A stretch of DNA of 58,517 nucleotides, counting the filler, from Platydemus manokwari (lineage: Eukaryota): assembly GCA_037951405.1 (NCBI GenBank). It is 5 parts of 5 records of this genome, joined end to end, with 100 filler letters (N's around TTAATTAATTAA, not from the genome) between each part and the next. Parts side by side here need not be neighbours in the genome. Positions count along the whole stretch, not along the records: positions 12,274 to 26,463 come from JBBMOY011509191.1; 4 more parts are not named here. One strand, written 5' to 3'. This document shows positions 14,481 to 26,563 of the stretch, in pieces. The notes under the pieces were generated by a model. The model was not told the DNA's origin. It did no database searches and worked only from the letters and a program-made list of their open reading frames with translations. The translations under genes and the position numbers were made by a program. Within the stretch, counting starts at the first letter, position 1; each line of letters begins with the position of its first letter.

Positions 14481-15599
14481 TATTTTCGAGTATCGAGTAA
14501 TTAGAGGTCTTTTTGCACGACATATGAAGACTGATGGATCATTGAGAGTCTTAATTTCTAACTTCCTATTTGATTAATTTAATTATAATTGATGGAATAA
14601 GACTTTTATTAAAATAATTTAATTAATGGAAAGGTATTAAATTATCACTATAGCTTTGTAGAAAACTGGAACAATCAATCAAGCTCAAACCAATTTGAAA
14701 ATAAGAAAAATTCCGTTTTATAAATAGCTTATAAAAAAATTATAATTTGCTTGAACGACAGTAAAATCAAATCATGCAAGAAATTTTTGCTCAACAATTA
14801 AAACAAAATATTTAAAAAAATATATAAAATAGAAGAAAACAAAACATTTTCATTGACATGTGTTTTACATATTGATATTCAGTAACAAGTGCGAAACAAT
14901 TTATAAACTTATGTTGTATGAGATATGTTACCAAATTGATTGCAACTATTAGTTTAGACACAACAATAAATTACATTTATGTCAAAATAAGGAAGACCAT
15001 TAAGAAAGGAAGCAATACTAAAATCTGTTGACTATATCTATATACAAATTTGAAGATTCAGGTTTGTTTTGCAATTTAAATGAAAGAAATCCAATGTAAT
15101 TGGGTTGTGGATGAAGTTCACATTCGATATGAGTTTGTAAATATGTAAGTTAGAGTATATATATATGAGACAAATCAATAAGGGATAATTATCAAAACCA
15201 TTGGAAAGGTTGATACATACAAGGAAAATAAGCACATATCCTGTAACTAATCATAGGTCCTGAAATTATCAATCTCTGATTGGATCTCGATTACCGATCA
15301 GCACCAACAGTAGGAAACGAACATCGGGATAACCTTCAAACAGTCCTGGAAAAGGATAAGCAAAAGTACTAGATAATGAGTCGACAAATACCACAATTCT
15401 GGAAAAGGCAGAGTTAGTATGTTTTGTTGTTGCTTTTATCTTACGAGCACCAAACCCATAAACTATCAAACAGAAATTTAAACCGTTTTCAAATTCTAAC
15501 ATGAAAAATAACGAAATAAGCGCCAGATATGAGCTATAAAACTTCAGAAATTCTGCATTGCTTGAATTGTCGAAAATAACCACGAAAATATAAAAGCAA

Positions 15600-15870
15600 A
15601 CTGCATTTCAATATTTTCAATTATGCCCGCTTTCCTTTCACAATTGGATGAATCCACTGATTATAGAGATACAGTGCAAATATTGTTTGAAAAGATTTTT
15701 TTAATGCGCGGTTCTTTGTGGTGCTTTTATCGCACAACAATTAAAGGCAATTGATTTCTGTAGGAGAAAGTAATGCTGGAAACTAAAATTCTACATTGAA
15801 GAAAATGATTTTTCGGCTTCAATCTATAACCACCGTCGATGATCAAGTAACGCTATATGGAATAAATAAA
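15600..15870 (+). mobile_element. hAT (Charlie/Buster, GTF2IRD2-type) transposase fragment
   Basis: FLSQLDESTDYRDTVQIL (LDESTD motif), then LQSITTVD resembling L.SITTDGA. Confidence 0.65.
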
Positions 15871-16524
15871 TGGATTTCTGCCCCTATGCACTTTCCTGAT
15901 CTACTCGGTAACGTTATAAATGGATTATTCATAAAATTATTTTTCATAAATATCTGTCTTGAAATGTTTATAGCAGCGTATATTTATTGATTATTCTTTA
16001 GAATTTTTGTTTTAATTTTACTATTCTGTCACTGGTTATGTGTTTCTCTGAGGCAGGTTTATACTCGAGCTTATGTCTATTTGCTGCGATTTTTAAATTA
16101 GTTAAACAAGATAACTATTAGTTATTTTATATTTCAGAACCACTGACCTGTGATTTGCTTTTAGTATTTTAATAAGTAATTCAGCATGGATAAAAATAAT
16201 TTCTTTTATTGAACGTATCAATATTTACCCGGAGTTATTGATTGATAAAGTTTAAGAGGTTAATATTATAGATATATACAAACCATATCACAATTAAAAA
16301 AAACTGAAAAATATCTAAAATAAAATTATCCAGTTCAGATACCTGTTGGGCTGTGTATGTTGTTGTTTATTGTTGTTAGGTTCGACTCAACAGCATGAGT
16401 TCTTCAATATGATTTTTATGATAATAACTCAAATCAAATAACAAACAATCAAATTACACTTTTATTTATTATAGCACGATAACCGATTAACAAAAATTAA
16501 CTCAAACCAAAGATTTTATTAAAC

Positions 16525-16970
16525 AAATCAGTCAAGTGATCTCACCGGGAACCTGAGAACTTATGGTTTTGCCATATAGAATTTATTATAGATTTTTTGT
16601 AATATTGATTCCGAAAATGAGACCCTTCAGAATTTGAAAGAATTTAGGGTTAATATTTATTATTATAATTATTAAAAAAAATATTACAGTATTATTGATC
16701 TACCGTTGGGCGTGTTTTCCCTGTTATACTGCTATCTAACATTTTTCAACTCGAAATTTTTAAGATGAAATTGTGATGGAAATCCATCAGCCTATATAGA
16801 TGCTTAGATTCGGTACTTTGTACCTAAGATTTTCCATCATTCCTTGGAAATTTTAAACATTTCTATTAATTTGTCCCTTAATTGTTTATTAATTTTAAAA
16901 GTACCTTAATCTTAAAATTTTATTAATTTTGTTGACATTATAAAATTTAAGATATAAATTGTCAACCTTT
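16525..16970 (-). repeat. Dispersed repeat, copy 2
   Basis: Reverse-complement match to ~135-640, on a different contig. Confidence 0.85.
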
Positions 16971-19399
16971 ATTATTATTATTATTTATTTAATTTCTTTT
17001 TTATTATTTATCTATTTTCGATTATAATTACTTGATTTATAAATAATAATATATATTTTATTGATATAATTTATTTACAAATTTATTTTCAGACGTTTTA
17101 CTAATAAAAATCATGAAATTGTCACAATAAAATCAAATCATAAAAAATTGACATCAATAAAATACAATGTCAGAATTATCGGATCACAAATAAATTGTCA
17201 ACTTGGAATGAGTGAGTGTTTCTGGCGGAGCAGGCAGTTGAGAAGATTTTGGATTGTTGGTTGAATGGATATTCCTGGCGATTCAGTACCCGTGGAATTT
17301 CCATTGACTATCAGACATCCAAATTCACAATCTAGCTTCTCATACTCCATGTTTCAAATTTTGGGTTTAGTTTAACTGGTGTGGTCGGTTTTTTAGGTTT
17401 TAGAGGCGGTACAATCCGTTTTTTGAATTCATCTGATTTGTGTGATTGGGATGGTGTTGCTTGGTGGGGTTCGTGTCTCTCCCTGGTCATTCTGGTCTTC
17501 CATTCACCATATGAACTGATGGTAATAGGAGATTTTTCTTTGTTGCTCTCGTACCAATAAGTACAATGAGTATATCTGAGACAAAAAAGGAAATAAGGAG
17601 AAAAGTAAATTTAACAACAAATGAGGAATTTATCGTTATCATGTCTATTCCTGATCTTGAATTTCGGTTCAATTAGTCACCTTGTTTTCTCGACAAGACC
17701 GCTTTCACTCTGCATATATAGTTATCACATAATGATCGGCGACACTGACGATTATTTTAATGTCTATTTTCCCACCCATCCAATATCGTTTCGGATCATC
17801 AATTATTTCAAGATCTTTTTTAATAATCGCCGTTGATGAATTTTGAAATTCAAACAACAATTTCTGGCTTTTTGTTTAAGATATATTTATTAATATTTTA
17901 TTATTATTTTCTAAACTTTATTTTCATTTTATTTTAAATTTAAATATATTTATTCAAAGTATTACATTTTCATAAAATTTAATGGCCATATTTAGACCAA
18001 AATATTTATATAAAATTAATTCATCATACAATCACTGGTTTATTTTTCTTTTTAATAAATATCATTTTTCATTTTTATTCAATTTTTATTGATTTTATTG
18101 CACACATTTGTTGGATTGATTTTTCGAGTTAATTTTAGCATTTTGTATCAATCCTTATTGCCAATGGTCATTGTCAGATTGATTATTGAAGGTCCCTGAC
18201 ATTTTTATAAGCATTTTTATCTTCTTAACGCGCTTTTATCATTTCGAAACTTTGGTTTAGTTATAAAATCAAAATATCTTTTTATTTTTTAATACAAATT
18301 TTCAATACTTTATATAAATATCATGCTATAATCAGTAGGAAACCACCATGTCGAAGTTAATTATCGAGTGTAATTATTTTACTTTTCACTCATTTTGTTG
18401 CATTTATAGATAAAAATATAAAAGCTTATCTTTACCGTGATGTAAACTTTATTATTTTATTATATTTTATTAAGCTCAAAATATTACTATTAAGTGGAAT
18501 TTACTGACATTGACTTAGTCCACTATTTTCATATTTTTATTACGTTTTGAATTCATTTAATGTGACCAACTTCATTTTTTTGAAACAATAAGCTATTTAC
18601 GTGGAGTACATTCAATTTATGGTAGTGAAAAACTCGATATCGAGTTATATTTTGAAATATTGAAAATATGAATGTTCTAAACTAATTGTGAACTGAAATT
18701 ATGTAATTGTTCAAGAAATAGTCGAATTGCTAGAAAACTTCTCTGTTTGATGATATTGAAAAAATCGAGTTAAATAATTATAAATCTTATTTTTCATTGT
18801 TTAATTTTATTGGCTTTAATTAATATATCTGTATGTGAATGTCGAGTTTATTACCCGACCTTCTGAATTTATTACTTAACAGAATTAATAAATTGTTAAA
18901 TCCACACCAACTTCATATCTCTTGCTTTCGATATTTGAGTATAAAGAACATTGAGTGGAGAATTGTAATAAATAAATTGAATAGGAATCATAAATTTTTA
19001 AAATTAATTTCGTTTTATAAATGCTGCTGATCAAAACATTTTCATTATTAATATAAACTCAGAAATTCAAGTTCAAGTAAAAGAGCAATTTTTATAAAAT
19101 TATTTTATTTTAACAATTCTAAAAATTTGAGATCGCATGTTTACATAATTTATTCATATCTGAAATCATCCTTCAACAAACAACCAATTATTTTTTCATT
19201 AAATTTTTGTTTATATATATCAATGTAATTTCTGGATATTTGAAAATTATTATATTTAAGGATTTTATATTAAAATAATATTATAACTAGTATCTCATTA
19301 TTAATAGTTTCAATCAAAATGTTGTTCACATTTTCATTCTTGATCATGTTTATTGAGTTGATTTCAAAATTCACAGGAACATTAAAATTAAAAACCAGG

Positions 19400-20230
19400 C
19401 TCTGATGGTGTTTATTATATGAAATGAGATTATTATCATTAGCATCGATTGATCACTGATTGAATGAAATCTGATTTGATGTAACTGGTAACAATCAGAC
19501 TGTGATCGCTAAACACCGCTAAGCTTCTGGCTCTATTGTATTTAAAAACATAGCATATAAAGATATAAGTAAAACGTTAATTAAACATTTGAGTACAATC
19601 ACATACACTGTAAACACAATTAACTAATCAGAATGTAATGCATTTTTTGTGATTAATTGTTGCGCCTCAAAGATGATCAACAACAAGTGATGGAAACTAA
19701 TGCCGGCTAACTCATGAAGAAAAAGAAAGTAAAAATAATTGATAGCTGGAAAGACATCAAATATTCCAAACTAAAATAGGTGGTTGATTTGCGAGTCACA
19801 ATCCCTGTGTTGATATTGCTATTACATTATTCAACAAAAATTTACTCATTACATTGACTTGAAATTCGGAGAGTTTAGGATTTTGATCGCTTAAGTCACA
19901 TAGCCCACACAGTAAGCATCGATTACGTAATTTTCGATAATGTTTAGAAATGATCAATTGTCATTTTTCTAAAATTAAATTATCACCTTAAATCTCACGA
20001 TATCTGACTGCTCACATGTTTCGATGTCTCTTACAGTTCTGAGTGATCATTTGATATGATACAAAATGCAATGACCAAAGCTTCAAATATTCTGACAATT
20101 AGGTTTTCAATAGCCATTGTGCACATTATGAAATGATTGATTCAAATATTTGACTGGTACTAATGAATGAAAATCATTACAAATACTAACCATCAACAGT
20201 CTGCCTATATAATCAATAAATTCCTACAAT
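19400..20230 (-). mobile_element. Decayed gypsy pol (RT/RNase H) remnant
   Basis: IDYIGR, VIDAYCVG (~TDAS..G) and AVFSDHSL (~FTDH..L) in the expected order. Confidence 0.35.
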
Positions 20231-20840
20231 CTTTCTCTTTATAAACCGAGTTTCATTAAAATATTTTTAAATGTAATATAATTTTCACCAAATACAAGAT
20301 TAAATTATTATTTTCCGATCGATTACGAAAACTCTTCATTATCGATTTAATGTTATAAGTTTCAACATGTTCCCGTTAATAACTGAAAATGGACAGTAAA
20401 TTTGAAATTGTGATCGATATTTGCTGGATAATGAGTGAAATTACTGAATAAATGTCAACGAAAGTAATTTATTTCAAAAAATGGAATATGTGATTTTGGG
20501 CATCAACGCTCATTAATCACAAAGAAAATTAGGGATATGTTTGAGAAGTTTGTTCCCTGTGGATTATATATTCTTCTCAAAAGGATCGGTATAACTATAA
20601 GATAATCAATTCGATTGTTAAGCTCTCATAAGTGAAGAACGTTTTCATCTCTACTCAAATTTTCAATAGAAATGAAGCTAAAAATCAGCTAGAGTTAAAA
20701 TGGAAATAATAATAATAATAAGGAAAAATCCTTAAATATCTTTTTATTAGTTTTGTATGTTGTGTAGCATATTTAAATTAATCATTTAAAAATTTATTTA
20801 TATCAATTTTTAAAACAATCTAAAAATTTAAAAAAAATTT

Positions 20841-21040
20841 AAATATAATTATATCTCTATATGCTATAATTTATAATTCTAAATATGATTATATCTATTT
20901 ATGCTATAATTTATAATTCTAAATATGATTATATCTATTTATGCTATAATTTATAATTTTAAAAATGATTATATCTTTTTATGCTAAAATATATAATGTT
21001 TAATATAATTATATCTCTATTCATTATAATTTATAATTTT
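20841..21040. repeat. Minisatellite, 40-bp unit x5
   Basis: Unit aaatatgattatatctatttatgctataatttataattct. Units 2 and 3 differ at one base; outer units are more diverged. No spacers. Confidence 0.95.
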
Positions 21041-21339
21041 AAATTCAAAAATTTATTTTATTTTTATCAAGAAAGACATTATTTAAAAGGCTTTCTAAGA
21101 ACACATTTGTTTAAATATTCTGTTTGTAAGAAACATCTTGCGACTCATTCATCCCTGCTGCCTCTAAAACCAAAATGAAACAACAAAACACAATATAATT
21201 TATACTCACATATTTATAATCATTGATATTAATTATAATTCACTGATTAATGTACTTTATTTCTTATTTCTCATTAATCAGTTGCATTATTACAATATGA
21301 TAAAAGCAGCTGGTGATGTTAAATTTTCGCTTGCCGATA

Positions 21340-21670
21340 GAGTGTTTATAGTTAGCCATGCAATAGTGTATCCGAGTAGTGGCACAGTTTGTCAAGAATT
21401 TCATCACCACTCAACGAACTTGTAAAAGAAATTTCACATGAATTAATAAATATCAATCAAGAAGTCGCCCGTAAATGTTATTCACGCTTTAGAAAACAAT
21501 GCAATCTCTGTTTAAAGCAGCATGGTGAACATCTTGAACAGTTGCTATGAAATTGCTTATTATTTACCGTTATTTATTCTTGCTGTAATTGTGTTTTGTT
21601 GTGCATTAAAGTAACGCAATACATTTAGTTTGTTATTACTGTTTTTTTGTTTTAACTTTAGAGACGGCGA
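21340..21670 (+). mobile_element. Tc1/mariner-superfamily transposase C-terminus and 3' end
   Basis: EISHELININQEVARKCYSRFRKQCNLCLKQHGEHLEQLL* matches the C....G.HFE.LL terminus. Confidence 0.65.
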
Positions 21671-21849
21671 CACAACTATCAATATTATCCGATCAATAAT
21701 ATCCGACCAATATTATAAGAAATATAATGTCATATAAATCAATATTGTCTTTATGACAAATTATTTTTCTTTCTCATATTTCGTTTTTCATATCATTTTC
21801 ATGTCATTAAAGTAAAATTTATTGAAATTTATTTGCTTGCGTTGAAGCA

Positions 21850-22330
21850 AAATCCTCACGCTCTTCGTAGTTGCTATCAATTATTCTTTAAAATTGACAA
21901 AATGGAATTCATGATTTATCATTTAATTGTGCACAGCTCGAATATCAATTAATGTAATTAAGGGGCTGTTTGAGCGATGGCTATACATGATCGTGAATTG
22001 GGAGAAAATTTTAAAGGAATTACGCTTTAAATTGCTTCGGATTATTACTGATGAATTATCCGATCCTTCTGACTTAATAGATGTACAAAACCAGTCAACG
22101 AGTTCACCAATTATTGTGAATTTTTAATGCCTCAATCAGCAAATATATATAAAATTTAATTAAAGTTTTGAATTATTGATTGAAGAATTTTTCTAATTTT
22201 GGTTTTTATCCCCGAATCTTTGGTTTTCTATTATAGGATCATAATATCCGAGTAACTTTAACTTTTTTCAAACGATTTTCATTGGTTTACTTGCAAATGT
22301 AATGTCTGACGACAAGCCTGTAAATGATTT
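21850..22330 (-). mobile_element. Decayed gypsy pol remnant
   Basis: VKLLGY (RT end) and FTIMYSH...PLITL (RNase H)-like remnants. Confidence 0.3.
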
Positions 22331-22919
22331 CATTTGAATTAAATAAAAGGGAATTCTAAACCCAAACAGAATTATAACCGATAGTGGAGATTGAAACAAT
22401 GAACTGGAAAAAATATTTTAAACAATGAAAATTTACAGAAGGAAAAGAGAATTGGGGAGTTTGAAATGTAATAAGGCGTCTAAAACTTATACTAAGCGAT
22501 TTTACTGGGTTTATACTGTCTCAGTAAACCAGCTGAGAAGCATGAATGAAACGGAGGTGCAGCAACTTTGGCTGATATTCGACAATACTTAATCTTTATT
22601 TTCCAACTCAGCATCAATCTTGGCTTTACCACGTAATCGTACAGTTAGACAAATTTACATTTTTTTAAAGTGATTTTATCGTATTGATTTTCAAAATTAA
22701 TTTATAAACGATGATTGGGTTGTGAAAACTCATTGAAGAAGGTTTGAAAACTAATATAGCATTTGTGAGAAATTTAAATTGGATTAAATTTTTGAACATT
22801 AAATTTTATAGAAAATGATTTTAATTTGGTTATAAAATTGTATTAGGTATTAATAGTTAGGTCTTGCGTCTTTTTAATTCGTTTTCGATCTGCAACTTAA
22901 ATGGCGCCCACGTATTTGG

Positions 22920-23265
22920 ATTCGATTCTGAGAAGATCAATGACTGAAAATTATTGAAACAAAGGAAAGAGGAATATATATACATATATACATAATGTAG
23001 AGAAAATATGAAAAGATAGAAGAATTAGAGATGATTAGAGAGAGAATATTCGATACAATGTTAATAAAAACCAGGAAGAAGACGAAAGTTTTTAAAGAGA
23101 AGGCAATGTAAGAATATTAAAAGTTGAATTAAATTTTTGAAGATGGAATTTTATATAAAATAAAATTAATTTGTTTAAATAATTGATTTATATCGATTAA
23201 TTTGGTGTCGTGTTTTCTCAGTTCCTTTTTAAAGCGTGTTTTATAAAATGGTAAAGACTCACATC
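22920..23265 (+). repeat. Dispersed repeat family B, copy 1
   Basis: attcgattctgagaagatcaatgactg...tttggtgtcgtgttttctcagtt is shared with 24805-25232. Confidence 0.85.
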
Positions 23266-23615
23266 TATATTTATCAGGTAAAAGTGTCAATTCCAAAGTT
23301 TATTATTACATTTTTAAATTTCATAAAATATCAACATAAGGTAAAAGATCGATTTTCCTAAATTTTTGTTTGAATAGAACAGCCAAAAATCGAAATACGT
23401 CTCAAAGATATTTTCGTTAGATAATTAATTATTTTGACATTTCTTTAGATTGACTTTAAGGATAATTTCAGGGATTTTAGCAAATATTTCAGCAAATCGT
23501 CCAAATGTTAGTATAAATGCCATTAGTTACGAACGTTTACCAATCAGATGTCGAATAATCGGCAGTAATTTATTTGTAATGATTGATATCGATTACAACA
23601 TATAATAATCTCGAT

Positions 23616-23833
23616 ATGAATATTGATGCCTGGCGTGGAATGATTCTTGGAATGGCCGTCACTGATATTGAAGGTGGAGCATTGGCAATGGCAGAAATAT
23701 TAATAGAATCAATCATTGAGAACAATGGAGATTACGACCCAGTTTTCAGTTTATTAGGTTATTTAAATTACTATGAAAATATGACCACTGAGCAAGAAGT
23801 TTTCGGTTCAATGACATCTAGGGTTTTTCAGAG
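23616..23833 (+). CDS. ADP-ribosylglycohydrolase (ARH/DraG family)-like N-terminal exon
   Basis: MNIDAWRGMILGMAVTDIEGGALAMAEILIESIIENNGDYDPVFSLLGYLNYY matches RG.L.G.AVGD..G, MA..L.ES+.E..G.FDP and YL.WY. Ends at AG|GTTAGT donor (23834). Downstream exons not identified. Confidence 0.65.
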
Positions 23834-24429
23834 GTTAGTAAAGAGATTATATAAATAAATGAATATATATAAAAATATTATTTTTGTTTACTCTTTAATG
23901 AAAAATATTGTTTCATAATATATTATTATTTATTTATTGATAATGAAATGAATATAATATAATAAAGATTTGGAACTATTCTTCTATTATTGTAATTCTT
24001 AATATAGTTGTTTTGATCACGATTATTATTATTATTATTATTATTTTCATTAATAATAATAACATAAATCTCGATATTTCTTTTAATTAAGAGCACCCCA
24101 AAGTTTTCGTTGTATGAAAATCAATCTCTAAATACAGTCCGTGAAAAATTTTAATTCATCTACATTAATCAATTTTACCGACAGAAGATGTCTGATCAAA
24201 TTAGGAGCTCATTTTCATTTGTAATGATATCTTTTTTCATTCCGGACCCTGGAAAGAGCTGACTAATCAAATTGACACTTTTTTTCTTGCTCATATTCAA
24301 AGACCTAGTAAATTTGATTTAACGAAGGATTTTATTATTTTATTATTCATTTTTTTAATCATTTTTTTATTTCAATCACAAATAAAATAAAAGTTTATTG
24401 TCAGTACAGAAAGCAATTAAAAAAATCAA

Positions 24430-24790
24430 ATAATTTTTCATTCAATATGTCCCGATGTCAGTTTTGTCTGGTTAGAATTCATGACAAATTTTTCACTTAA
24501 AGGAAAACCCTTTGACAAACGAGAGATTGTTCCAAATGATTCTTCCTTTCATTTAGCGACTACATTATATGGTCGATAATCTTACAATTTTTCCTACATT
24601 GCTGGATAATAATATCTATAATAGATTTCATAGTTTTTAGTACATATCGATTTAAGAAGCTCTGAAGCTTCATAATCTGACCACCATTATATAAAATCAT
24701 ATTAATTGATTGATCATGACAATTTATAAATTGGAAAAGTTTCTTCACTCATGAACTGAATTTGATTTCTCTCAATGAATTGCATTTTAT
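24430..24790 (-). mobile_element. Decayed mariner transposase remnant
   Basis: CNSL...F.FI..HD...ILYN..WS.YEA pattern loosely matching CNSLL...FL..IVTGDEKWILY..W. Confidence 0.3.
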
Positions 24791-24804
24791 GAACATAGTC
24801 TATT

Positions 24805-25232
24805 ATTCGATTCCAAGAAGATCAATGACTGTAAATAATTTAAAAGAAAGAGGAAGATGTCGAGACTATATAAATAATATATAAAGAAGATCTATAGAGA
24901 AAATTTAGATTAGATATAAAAAAGATATGGAGAACATATAAAGAAGATGTAAAGAAGATATAAAAAGATAGAAGAATTAGAAATTTTCACGTAGTTAAAT
25001 ATCTAGAGTATTCGATAAAATATCATTTAAGACTACAAAGAAAATCAAACATTTTAAAGAAACGGAGATATGAGAACGTCAAAATATTGAATTATATTTT
25101 TGAAGATTAAATTTTATGATAAAATTTAATTAATTTGTTTGAAAAATTGTATTTGAATACATAATTTGGTTTCGTGTCTTTTCAGTTTGTTTTCCATGCG
25201 TCTTTTATAAATTAATAGCGGCTTACACATCA
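24805..25232 (+). repeat. Dispersed repeat family B, copy 2
   Basis: attcgattccaagaagatcaatgactg...tttggtttcgtgtcttttcagtttgttttcc...aatagcggcttacac. Confidence 0.85.
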
Positions 25233-26463
25233 TATGAACATTACATTTCTGTATCAATTACCGAAATGTTCAGTAAATATAAATGAGGCTCTTTCAAAAT
25301 TGAATGATCTAATTGGTAGTTGTAAAGATAAATTTAAAATTTAAAACCAACAAATTCATGAGTTCCAGGATAATATCGTTTTAAGGCAACGAGCCAATAG
25401 GTTTGCTCAAAGGCTTCACTACTGTAATTCATGTTTTATTTATAATTGGATTGATATTGATCAGTGTATAATTATTATCATGCTTGTTTAAATTACAGCT
25501 CGATTCTTTAAAATTATATTATAAAATTTATATTAAATATCTTTTTATTGGATTACATCATGTGGAAAAGATACTTAAAGAATAAAGAACATGTATAAAT
25601 ATAATAGGTATTTTAATTAAAAAGTGTTAATGTTTTCTTTGTGCTGTAAATATAATATTATAATAATAAAGGTGAACAATATATTAATATACTGTATAAT
25701 CCAGAATATATACCGCATGTTATATGAGGTATATTATGAAGGACATAAAATGGTTTCAATTTGGATATGATTATGTCGACAATTCATTAGTTAATTTAAT
25801 TGGAGCATCATTTTGTAAATTCTGAAGGTCTTTGTAATTCATAATACTTCATATAAAATAATTATCATTAATTTATTTTTCATACTATTAAACGGAGTGA
25901 AGAATAAAAGAAATGTTTTATGCTATTCAAATATTGTTGTCAAAAAGATAATTTTACAAAAATTTGCAAAACTTCACAAAGCAGCTCACCTATAAACCTG
26001 TTTCGCAGCTCTTTCGATACAGCAGGTCTGATCGATCATGGATCGTTCGTGCACACGGACATCTTATTCATAGATTTTATACAATTCCATTTTTGTGATC
26101 GTAATCATTATAATTCTTATTTTTAGCTATTTTATTATAATTTTCTATTATTCTTTTTCAATCACCATGTCAATTTTTGTACATTGAATTGAATAGCATT
26201 GGGAAACGGGAATTTTAATCCGACTACATGCAATTATAATAGTTCAATTACACGAACCGATGCAAAAAAATATTAATTATTATAATTAGTTTCGACATAC
26301 ATATTAAAAAATAATCAAATTTTATTTTCGATTTTATATTATTGGTTTAATTATTTTATTTTAAGAATTTTCAATTATTTCTCAGAATAACAAAATATTT
26401 TCAGTCAAAATAAGATAAAACTAGATAATAAATTATATATTAACAGACATGTTTTAACAAATA

Positions 26464-26563
26464 NNNNNNNNNNNNNNNNNNNNNNNNNNNNNNNNNNNNN
26501 NNNNNNNTTAATTAATTAANNNNNNNNNNNNNNNNNNNNNNNNNNNNNNNNNNNNNNNNNNNN
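26464..26563. other. Artificial contig-joining linker
   Basis: Same N44-TTAATTAATTAA-N44 structure. It supplies the false stop of the 26516..27697 ORF. Confidence 0.98.

Noticed and set aside
20841-21040. CRISPR-like array
   Set aside because: Head-to-tail 40-bp units with no unique spacers, no cas genes and a eukaryotic context; it is a minisatellite.
26508-26519. Recurrent TTAATTAATTAA palindrome as a biological motif, and the stop of the 393-aa ORF
   Set aside because: Always centred in N runs; it is a synthetic linker.
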